From: a virus
Lineage: Duplodnaviria; Heunggongvirae; Uroviricota; Caudoviricetes
Strand: one strand, 5' to 3'
Length of the DNA: 9,487 nucleotides
Virus record (IMG/VR): IMGVR_UViG_2645728091_000021
Shown here: positions 1-6,188 of the stretch, piece after piece
How positions within the stretch are numbered: the first letter of the stretch is position 1
How the letters are laid out: each line of letters begins with the position of its first letter
The notes under the pieces: generated by a model
The model's database searches: none
What the model was told of the DNA's origin: nothing
What the model saw: only the letters and a program-made list of their open reading frames with translations
Translations under genes and position numbers: made by a program

Positions 1-1020
1 CTACTTACTGACCACAAGCGGCAAATCCAGTGTTGGTGTGATTTTGGTTTTACGATCGTAAATCAACACCTGATTTTCTGTTTTGTGTCCACTGAAAATT
101 TGTTTGTCGCGACTGCTGCCTTCGTAATCTGAAATCCCTTTGGCTTTTATGTCATGAAAATTACATCCGAACGGAACGCCTGCTTTTTGCTCGGCTGCGC
201 GTTTAGCCTGATTCCACCAGTTGTTCAGCGTTTTAGCGATGACTTTCCCGCCTTTGGTTGTGCTGATCACATACTCGCATGTGCCGGAAGATACATTTCG
301 GGCTAACTGGATCGCCGTACGTAATCGCGGAGACCATTCCTTGATTTGTTTGGTGCCTGTTTTGTTTTGCTCAATGTAGATCCCTTTATCCATAATATCC
401 TGCCATTTTAGCTCGAGAACATCACCGAGCCTTGCCGCACAAAGATAGGAAATCTCCATTGCAATGCGTAACTGTGGAATTGCTTCCGCGTATATCGCCG
501 CATACTGTTCATCGGTTATGTAAACAGTGCGGGCTTTAAGCGTGAATTTTCTGACGCCTTTGCATGGATTATTTTTCACATACCCACGCTCATATCCCCA
601 TCCGTATACGCGACTCAGGCTTGCCAGCTCATGGTTTGCCTGGGTCTTGCTCTCAAGTCCCCGCTTATCCATGAAAATTCTTACTTGCTCAATTTTTACA
701 TTATCAGCAAGCACTTTACCGAATACCGCCAGCAACGCCCTCTGATGTTGTCGATAATCTTTTTGGGTTCGGGGTGCCAGTTCTGTAAATGCAGGGGAGT
801 CCATAAACATGTGCCATAATTTAGCGACGGTCATTATGTTGTGGAGTTTTGCTTTTTCCAGTTCATAATTTTGCCAGACTTTAGCTACGCTGGTTTCCCG
901 TACTCTTCCGAGCCCTATAGTTCTTGTGCTTCCTTCGGGTTTCCACACGTAACTGTAACCATTCGATCTAACACGCGGTGGTAGTGCATTATCTTTTTTG
1001 TTTTTTCTTGGTCTTCCCAT
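1..1020 (-). CDS. int: Tyrosine recombinase / phage integrase, lambda Int family (339 aa)
   Basis: Complete minus-strand ORF; its stop codon is the complement of bases 1-3. By-eye similarity to the lambda Int catalytic core (ours AARLGDVLELKWQDIMDKGIYIEQNKTG vs recalled lambda TGQRVGDLCEMKWSDIVDGYLYVEQSKTG), plus a C-terminal SGH...LIYDR region consistent with the His/Tyr catalytic box. Start overlaps the upstream small ORF by 32 nt, the classic xis-int arrangement. Confidence 0.92.
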   Translation of the reverse strand: MGRPRKNKKDNALPPRVRSNGYSYVWKPEGSTRTIGLGRVRETSVAKVWQNYELEKAKLHNIMTVAKLWHMFMDSPAFTELAPRTQKDYRQHQRALLAVFGKVLADNVKIEQVRIFMDKRGLESKTQANHELASLSRVYGWGYERGYVKNNPCKGVRKFTLKARTVYITDEQYAAIYAEAIPQLRIAMEISYLCAARLGDVLELKWQDIMDKGIYIEQNKTGTKQIKEWSPRLRTAIQLARNVSSGTCEYVISTTKGGKVIAKTLNNWWNQAKRAAEQKAGVPFGCNFHDIKAKGISDYEGSSRDKQIFSGHKTENQVLIYDRKTKITPTLDLPLVVSK

Positions 1021-1240
1021 TGTTCAGCGCCTCAAAATCGGGTTCAGCGGAAACCAGCTCAGCTGCTTTTGGCATCGTTGTCAGTCCGTGTGGAATATCC
1101 CTGCGAAGAACTATTGGTTCGTTTTTAGGACCGATTACAAATGGGATGCCGTGCAGCCTTAACTGGTGTTGCTGTTTTGTGTATCGCTCGTATTTCGTGA
1201 TCTCTTGAATCTCTGCTGGCGATAGAGTTAATTCGTACAT
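989..1240 (-). CDS. xis: Excisionase-like small DNA-binding protein (83 aa)
   Basis: Small ORF immediately upstream of int and overlapping its start (989-1020); basic C-terminal tail KTKKKQKR. Assignment rests on position and size, not on a recognised motif; SD is weak. Confidence 0.62.
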   Translation of the reverse strand: MYELTLSPAEIQEITKYERYTKQQHQLRLHGIPFVIGPKNEPIVLRRDIPHGLTTMPKAAELVSAEPDFEALNNGKTKKKQKR

Positions 1241-1306
1241 GTGGTCACGTGCCTTACAGCATGACCGCCGCCAATATAATTCAGAGACGGCGATCAGGGT
1301 TGAACA

Positions 1307-3766
1307 TTAAAAATCAACCGGATTCGGGATCAGTTTTTGCCAGATTGCTGAAACGTATTTTGCCTGGTGACGGGCGTCATCCAGTGCATTGTGGCGAACG
1401 CCTTCGAATGGAATAACGGTTCTAGCATCAAAGTCGATTGTTTTTCCCAGCTCAACGATTGTGCGTACATCGCGATCGTTGTGGTAGCGCCACGGGCAGG
1501 GGATTCCCTGTCGTTCGTATGAACGGCGTAAAATTACGTTGTCGAAACTGGTTCCGTTGCCCCAGACCTGAACAAAAAACTCACCGGAGTTTTCGTCGAT
1601 AAATTCCCGTAATTGCAACAGTGCATCATCTAACGGGATTTCATCAGCCAGAATGGCAGACTGCGCTTCGCGCGATTGCTTCAGCCACCACTTAACGGTG
1701 TCCCTGTCAATGACACCGCCAGCAGTATCCAGATCGATGGTCTTACTGAATTCTGGCCCAATATCTCCGGTTTGCGGATCGAAAAATATTGCACCTATTG
1801 AGATAACTGCAGCATCAGGATTTTTTCCCATGGTTTCCAGGTCGATCATCATATGAGTCCACATTCTGTTGCTGGTGGATATGTATTTATGATGACTGTT
1901 CACCGTAATTAGGGGATTTGCCGTCTCGCCAGTTTCATCACTGCTATTGCCATGCTGAGCGTCACCAGCGCTCTCCTTACGAGAATGCGCAGTGCTTTCC
2001 ATTTTCTCCGAATCTTTTTCAGCCAGATTTTCTTCATCGAATGTTTCCTGATATGTTGTGTTACCCATAACAGGCCCGCAGTCCGGACATTTTCCGCCGC
2101 CAGCCCGGCCGCAAGTATTGCAGCTTTTTTCAGTCTCCTGTTGTGCTGTTGGCTCTGACTGTTGCACTTCTGGCCCGTTTTGTTGCGCATCCGGGCTGTT
2201 TTGTTCCGCTTTCTGGTCGTTCTGTTCCATTTCTTGCTGATTCTGGTACACAGAATCGCGAGTCTGGATCCCCTCAACCCACTTCGGATCATTCGGGTCG
2301 CTAATTCCTTCAACAAATTCACCACGTGATGCAGCAAGCACTTTGTCTGCATCAGGCAGATTTTCTGTCTCCATTTTTTTATTTGTTTCGACCGTGTTAA
2401 CTTTTACCGGCTCTGGTTGTTCAGAGTTTTGTGCGGCATTGGTATTTTGCGGTAAGCCTGTGTATGTGCCATTTTTTCGGGCGACGTATTCTTCTTTGGT
2501 GATTTCAGTAGCCCCGGCAGCCAGAGCCTTATTCAGACCAGACAGTTTGTTTGCGCGACCGTATTTTTCGCTGTCCTTATCGGTAAAGAGGAAGTAGAAC
2601 GGTCCTTCACGCTCTACAGATGGTTCAGCTTCCAGTGCGCTTTCATTTTTTTGGGTGCCAGATACTTCTGTTTCCACTGCATCAGTTTGTGTTGCTGACG
2701 ACCGGAGAACATCAGCAGGACTCTGATCCGTTTCTTCATCTTCAAACACGCCTTTTGTCGTCAGGTATTCAGTGATGTATTTGTTCAGCGCCACGGGATC
2801 TTTGTGAATGTTGAGCGGACGTTCGCGAACAAGACCAAAAATCGTCTGACGGCTGTAGCGAAGCGCATCAGGCTGTTTGCGCATTGATGCGGAGATACGC
2901 TTCCAGTCTTCTCGGTCGTTGTCGATAACTTCATTTTTTGCCCAGCGATGGATACTGCCGTCAATGTTTCCGGCATCAATATCACCAGGCCAGAGGGCGC
3001 AGGCCAGTTCGCCATCCAGTGTTTTCCATGTCTGCTTGTATTCGCGATGAATGACAGCAGTTACGGAGTCAGTTTTTCCTGCAGAGTTTTCAGTGCCTTG
3101 CCGGTTGACTCTGGCGCGGGCAAGATCGACGACGGAATTATATGCTCCACCTTCTTTGCGCTCCTTTTCCATGCGTTTTTTACGTTCGAGAAAATACGCC
3201 TGAACGTCGGGCCATTTGGCTGTTGGTTTTAAATCACGTCTGGCATCGTTGATGTACTCAGTCTGACGCTCAGGATATATGGCGTTAATTTCTTTAGTCC
3301 TGATAATTGCTTCAGTGAGGTGTCCATCAAAAGTCGTCATCTCGTCATCGCCGAGAAGCCCGCTTGCATTGATGACCATATCCACGGTGATGTTTTCATG
3401 TGTACCGAACCTGACAAGGACAGCAGCCCGCTTGTCTTCAGATAACTGATTAAAGTTAACAGTTTCTGTATCCGGTTCAGGGTCGACCGGAACAAAGGAA
3501 GCCGACTCCTCATTCCAGCGGTTTTCCTGCATATATTCGGAATCCCAGGAATCGAGAGCAGGGCGGGCCATGCCGGGTTTATCCTCGCAGACAAGAAATT
3601 TATAAGCACAGTCCTGAGCTTCCGGGTATTGTTCCAGAAATAACCAGCTAAATTTGGCTCTTGCCCGGCGTTCGTCGCCTGCTTCAATGGCAGTGGCCAC
3701 AGGTTTAGCGCCTTCTGCTGTTGCCTGTTCGTCCGGAATGGCGGCGCAAATAAAGACTTTACTCAT
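1307..3766 (-). CDS. RecE-like (exodeoxyribonuclease VIII family) mosaic protein with C-terminal DEDDh (DnaQ-like) 3'-5' exonuclease domain (819 aa)
   Basis: Single long minus-strand ORF with a GAGG SD upstream of ATG 3766. The C-terminal ~181 aa (about 1310-1852) carry the three DEDDh motifs in order: MIDLET (Exo I), WGNGTSFD (Exo II), HNALDDARH (Exo III, H-x4-D). The centre has a Q/E-rich low-complexity linker and a C-x2-C-x7-C-x2-C zinc ribbon (CNTCGRAGGGKCPDCG, about 2075-2122), preceded by ...LAASRGEFVEGISDPNDPKWV..., which I recall from the central region of Rac RecE. Sits between the dicB cassette and xis-int, where lambdoid recombination genes normally lie. Confidence 0.8.
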   Translation of the reverse strand: MSKVFICAAIPDEQATAEGAKPVATAIEAGDERRARAKFSWLFLEQYPEAQDCAYKFLVCEDKPGMARPALDSWDSEYMQENRWNEESASFVPVDPEPDTETVNFNQLSEDKRAAVLVRFGTHENITVDMVINASGLLGDDEMTTFDGHLTEAIIRTKEINAIYPERQTEYINDARRDLKPTAKWPDVQAYFLERKKRMEKERKEGGAYNSVVDLARARVNRQGTENSAGKTDSVTAVIHREYKQTWKTLDGELACALWPGDIDAGNIDGSIHRWAKNEVIDNDREDWKRISASMRKQPDALRYSRQTIFGLVRERPLNIHKDPVALNKYITEYLTTKGVFEDEETDQSPADVLRSSATQTDAVETEVSGTQKNESALEAEPSVEREGPFYFLFTDKDSEKYGRANKLSGLNKALAAGATEITKEEYVARKNGTYTGLPQNTNAAQNSEQPEPVKVNTVETNKKMETENLPDADKVLAASRGEFVEGISDPNDPKWVEGIQTRDSVYQNQQEMEQNDQKAEQNSPDAQQNGPEVQQSEPTAQQETEKSCNTCGRAGGGKCPDCGPVMGNTTYQETFDEENLAEKDSEKMESTAHSRKESAGDAQHGNSSDETGETANPLITVNSHHKYISTSNRMWTHMMIDLETMGKNPDAAVISIGAIFFDPQTGDIGPEFSKTIDLDTAGGVIDRDTVKWWLKQSREAQSAILADEIPLDDALLQLREFIDENSGEFFVQVWGNGTSFDNVILRRSYERQGIPCPWRYHNDRDVRTIVELGKTIDFDARTVIPFEGVRHNALDDARHQAKYVSAIWQKLIPNPVDF

Positions 3767-3859
3767 TTTGTTTTAACCTCATTACAGATTTAAGGGTGAA
3801 CAAATCCCTGCCATTGCTGACATATAAAAATAAAACCGGATATTTATTATGGGGCTGTT

Positions 3860-4051
3860 TTAAAGGCCTGCCGGGATTTCGTTATTGTTCATGCGAATAA
3901 CTTTGTCGACAGGATAACAGTTCCCGGGAATTTTTTGCTCTGCCGCGGCAGTCATGCATTCTTCCATTGAGTCATGTATGTCAATAACAAGATCAATCGG
4001 TTCACCAGAAACAAAAAAAACAGTCAGAACGAGTACAAATGCCGTATTCAT
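3860..4051 (-). CDS. ydfD: YdfD-like small membrane protein (63 aa)
   Basis: Product MNTAFVLVLTVFFVSGEPIDLVIDIHDSMEECMTAAAEQKIPGNCYPVDKVIRMNNNEIPAGL has an N-terminal hydrophobic helix. Its ATG (4051-4049) overlaps the dicB stop (4050-4048) as ATGA, implying translational coupling. Length and position immediately downstream of dicB match my recollection of Qin YdfD. The longer in-frame start at 4105 was rejected. Confidence 0.7.
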   Translation of the reverse strand: MNTAFVLVLTVFFVSGEPIDLVIDIHDSMEECMTAAAEQKIPGNCYPVDKVIRMNNNEIPAGL

Positions 4052-4236
4052 TGCCTGCATCCTGTTTGCATCAGACGTAAACGGGCCAGCATCGAAACAA
4101 TGCATATTTTATTTAGCAGTTCCTGTTCGTGTTTTCTTTTATTAATGGCATCTTCAGTAAATATCTGATTGCTGATAGTGACACCAATTTCAAAACAACC
4201 TTCAGACGTATTAACGTTTGGTAATAACGTTTCCAT
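4048..4236 (-). CDS. dicB: Cell-division inhibitor DicB (62 aa)
   Basis: Product METLLPNVNTSEGCFEIGVTISNQIFTEDAINKRKHEQELLNKICIVSMLARLRLMQTGCRQ is near-identical to my recollection of E. coli DicB (62 aa). GAGGA SD lies 7 nt upstream of ATG 4236-4234. The 97-aa extended ORF from 4341 is not supported. Confidence 0.9.
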   Translation of the reverse strand: METLLPNVNTSEGCFEIGVTISNQIFTEDAINKRKHEQELLNKICIVSMLARLRLMQTGCRQ

Positions 4237-4405
4237 TATCGCGTCCTCAACAATGAATTTTGTGATGCGGTGCCTGGTGCCTCCAGGTGACGTTAACCAG
4301 TTAACAATTAACGCCGGATACAGAGAATCCACCCATAACACTGTTTTTGGTTTTAACTGTTCCGCGTGCGCTGAGCCGCATTCACCGCATCACAAAATTC
4401 ACTTT

Positions 4406-4446
4406 AAAAAGGGCGGACATCAGTTCATGGGCAAACAGATGCCGCC
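4406..4446 (-). terminator. Intrinsic terminator forming the DicF 3' end
   Basis: On the minus strand GGCGGCAUC...GAUG(U)CCGCC forms a ~9-bp stem with one bulge and a 16-nt loop, followed by UUUUU (plus 4406-4410 is AAAAA). Confidence 0.7.
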
Positions 4447-4461
4447 AAACGTCACCAGAAA
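4406..4461 (-). ncRNA. dicF: DicF small regulatory RNA (ftsZ-targeting sRNA)
   Basis: Minus-strand sequence UUUCUGGUGACGUUUGGCGGCAUCUGUUUGCCCAUGAACUGAUGUCCGCCCUUUUU. The 5' ~20 nt and the terminal GCCGCCCUUUUU match what I recall of E. coli K-12 DicF; the central part differs. It lies ~170 nt upstream of dicB, as in Qin. Confidence 0.85.
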
Positions 4462-4765
4462 ATTGATAACAGAGGGCGTTGCAGCGGGGTTGTCACTTAA
4501 GCGTATGGTCAACCTGACAACCCGGTGTCCTCAACGGGGAAGGAATAACCCCGCCATACTTACCGCCGCGCCATTTCGCGGAGTGCCACAACCGGAAGCG
4601 CACGGTCGACGAAAATTTAACGACAGGCTATCTATGAACCAGCTACCTCGCCGTGCGCTTTCGCGTTATGGTCTGACTTTTCAGGGAAATATCCTTTCAG
4701 TAAACTGTCAGTGCCGGATGCTCACCCGTGTCCGGCGCACGCACTCTACCTCACCCGTGAATAAA

Positions 4766-5140
4766 TTAATGATTAATTGATATTTTATAGGTGGATTCAA
4801 CTTTCCCATCGGATGTGTGATGCTTTAAATCACAGGAATTAATACTGCTTGCTGTAAAGTGATTTTTAAGGGGGGCTATTCGAATCCCTTTCTTTTTCAT
4901 TAACAGGCCAAATCCCTTATTAATGATGTCCATTAATTCCAGACAGTATTTTTCATGTAAATCCTGGTTATCAGAGAGCTGCTTCTCTTCGTATAGCCCG
5001 ATAAAGGCTCGGCGCACGTTACCGGATATATTATCGATGGTTTCTTTTTCTACGGTACTCAGGTCAAGAGTAGCCAATTGAGAACGAACTATATTCGCTG
5101 CCATTTCCTGGAATGGTATTGGTAAATCTTTAAATTCCAT
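4766..5140 (-). CDS. Hypothetical protein (124 aa), AT-rich cargo gene in the dicB operon
   Basis: Minus-strand ORF; preferred start is ATG 5140-5138 (MEFKDLPIPFQ...), preceded by GAGG with a 6-nt spacer. The alternative ATG at 5152-5150 overlaps the upstream gene stop as TGATG. Visibly AT-rich relative to flanking genes. No motif I recognise. Confidence 0.6.
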   Translation of the reverse strand: MEFKDLPIPFQEMAANIVRSQLATLDLSTVEKETIDNISGNVRRAFIGLYEEKQLSDNQDLHEKYCLELMDIINKGFGLLMKKKGIRIAPLKNHFTASSINSCDLKHHTSDGKVESTYKISINH

Positions 5141-5151
5141 CGTCAACCTCA

Positions 5152-5304
5152 TCAGTCAGTGTTTCTGGCTAACCAGCGACGCGCGCCAGATTCGGTTTTA
5201 AGCGTTTTGCTTTTGGTATACGTCATTGCGGTGAACGTACCGTCCTGGTTTGGGAACACGCCGCACACCAGAGATTCGTTGTTGCCAAGATCGATAGTAT
5301 TCAT
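5152..5304 (-). CDS. ydfA: YdfA-like small protein (50 aa)
   Basis: Product MNTIDLGNNESLVCGVFPNQDGTFTAMTYTKSKTLKTESGARRWLARNTD; GAGG SD 5 nt upstream of ATG 5304-5302. It is the first gene after the leftward promoter, as ydfA is in Qin, and resembles my recollection of the YdfA (DUF1391-type) family. The upstream in-frame Met at 5358 lacks an SD. Confidence 0.6.
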   Translation of the reverse strand: MNTIDLGNNESLVCGVFPNQDGTFTAMTYTKSKTLKTESGARRWLARNTD

Positions 5305-5381
5305 GCTGACCTCATTTCCCCTTAACGCCGGGGTAGCTGAACTGTTTGCTGAGAACACCGTGCGGTGTCTTGGTGGAGATT

Positions 5382-5436
5382 AATTTAGAATAACCTAACA
5401 AATGTGGCAAGTATTTTTTGTTAGATTGGTCTAACA
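5382..5436 (-). promoter_or_regulatory. Leftward early promoter (PdicB-like) with two DicA-type operator palindromes
   Basis: Minus-strand -35 TTGCCA (plus 5405-5410), 17-bp spacer, -10 TAAATT (plus 5382-5387). A degenerate operator TTAG-N6-CTAACA (5383-5400) sits in the spacer; a perfect TGTTAG-N6-CTAACA palindrome (5419-5436) sits just upstream of the -35. Confidence 0.5.
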
Positions 5437-5472
5437 AAAAGAGTGAGGGAATCTAAGTATCTGAAAGGAGTG

Positions 5473-5880
5473 TTATTTTATTGATTTGTTTTTACGTGCT
5501 TTAAGCATTTCTTCGAAGAGTTTATTGAAATTTTCTACTCTTGCGCGCATTTCAGACAGTAAGGCTTCCTGCTCGGAGGAGGGAAGAGCATCGAATAATT
5601 CGATCAATTCTTTGTGGCTGGGAGTTAACTCGGTTTCCACATGAAGTTCTTGTGCTGGCACTGGTGCCTTGTCTTCGTCACCAAACATTAGCCATGTAGG
5701 CGAGCACTTCAGCGCATCAGCTAAAGCAAATAACCGCTTCCCGACCGGTTGGGTTTCGTCTCTTTCCCATTGTGAAATTGTGACGTGAGCTACCCCAGCG
5801 AGGCGTGCAGCTTCTCGTTGTGTTAGGCGTAATTCTTTTCGTCGTGCCAGAACTCGCTGGCCTAGGGTTCTTGTATCCAT
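5473..5880 (-). CDS. dicA: DicA-like HTH (XRE family) prophage repressor (135 aa)
   Basis: Product carries an N-terminal HTH (LTQREAARLAGVAHVTISQWERDETQP). The C-terminal part (...LFALADALKCSPTWLMFGDEDK...LPSSEQEALLSEMRARVENFNKLFEEMLKAR...) closely matches my recollection of E. coli DicA, which is also 135 aa. Divergent from the cro-like gene. No SD; a TAGAAT -10 lies 9 nt upstream of the ATG, suggesting a near-leaderless mRNA. Confidence 0.9.
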   Translation of the reverse strand: MDTRTLGQRVLARRKELRLTQREAARLAGVAHVTISQWERDETQPVGKRLFALADALKCSPTWLMFGDEDKAPVPAQELHVETELTPSHKELIELFDALPSSEQEALLSEMRARVENFNKLFEEMLKARKNKSIK

Positions 5881-5957
5881 AGTTAGGTAATTCTAATTTT
5901 TCTTGACTTAGGTATCCCGCGCACATTACTGTTAGGAATATCTAACAAGAGGGGGCT
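5881..5957. promoter_or_regulatory. Divergent immunity promoters (PdicA-like leftward, PdicC-like rightward) with operator palindrome
   Basis: Perfect palindrome TGTTAG-gaatat-CTAACA at 5930-5947 and a weaker AGTTAG-N6-CTAATT at 5881-5898. Rightward -35 TTGACT at 5903-5908 with a weak -10 near 5926-5932. Leftward -10 TAGAAT (plus 5890-5895) just upstream of the dicA-like ATG. Confidence 0.5.
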
Positions 5958-5960
5958 TTG

Positions 5961-6188
5961 ATGCTTAAAGTTGACGCAATTACTTTTTTTGGCAGCAAAA
6001 CAAAACTTGCCAATGCCGCAGGAGTGAAACTGGCAAGTGTTGCTGCATGGGGGGAACTGGTTCCTGAAGGTCGCGCGATGCGCCTGCAAGAGGCATCCGG
6101 CGGGGAACTTCAGTACGACCCCAAAGTTTATGACGAATATCGTAAGGCAAAGCGGGCGGGGCGGTTGAACAATGAAAATCACCCCTGA
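5961..6188 (+). CDS. dicC: DicC-like Cro-type regulator (75 aa)
   Basis: Product MLKVDAITFFGSKTKLANAAGVKLASVAAWGELVPEGRAMRLQEASGGELQYDPKVYDEYRKAKRAGRLNNENHP matches my recollection of DicC. GAGGGGG SD 5 nt upstream of ATG 5961; the TTG at 5958 in the ORF track is less likely. Divergent from the dicA-like gene. Confidence 0.85.
   Translation: MLKVDAITFFGSKTKLANAAGVKLASVAAWGELVPEGRAMRLQEASGGELQYDPKVYDEYRKAKRAGRLNNENHP

Noticed and set aside
1-60. Search for the attachment site or a tRNA gene end at the left edge
   Set aside because: The window begins exactly at the int stop codon, so the att core or tRNA target would lie outside the window.
527-1208. Plus-strand ORFs of 62-76 aa antisense to int and xis
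   Set aside because: Embedded antisense to the integrase and excisionase genes; no start signals.
1241-1306. Search for a RecT/Bet/Erf-type annealase gene next to the exonuclease
   Set aside because: Only a 66-bp gap separates the exonuclease from xis and no annealase-sized ORF exists anywhere in the leftward operon, so none is reported.
1653-3687. Several 60-147-aa ORFs on both strands inside the 819-aa exonuclease gene
   Set aside because: All lie in alternative frames of a long ORF with coherent domain motifs; low-complexity translations; no independent start signals.
3860-4105. 81-aa extended version of the ydfD-like ORF
   Set aside because: The extension would overlap the dicB coding sequence in another frame; ATG 4051 gives a 63-aa product and an ATGA overlap with the dicB stop.
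4048-4341. 97-aa extended version of dicB starting at 4341
   Set aside because: The N-terminal extension has no SD and runs through the conserved 19-bp inverted-repeat arm; the internal ATG at 4236 has a GAGGA SD and gives the expected 62-aa DicB.
4169-4780. 203-aa plus-strand ORF
   Set aside because: Antisense to dicB, DicF and the structured leader, which are all supported on the minus strand; R/P/C-rich composition typical of a non-coding frame; no SD.
5152-5358. 68-aa extended version of the ydfA-like ORF
   Set aside because: The first Met lacks an SD and lies in the promoter-leader region; the internal ATG at 5304 has a GAGG SD and gives the ~50-aa product expected for the family.
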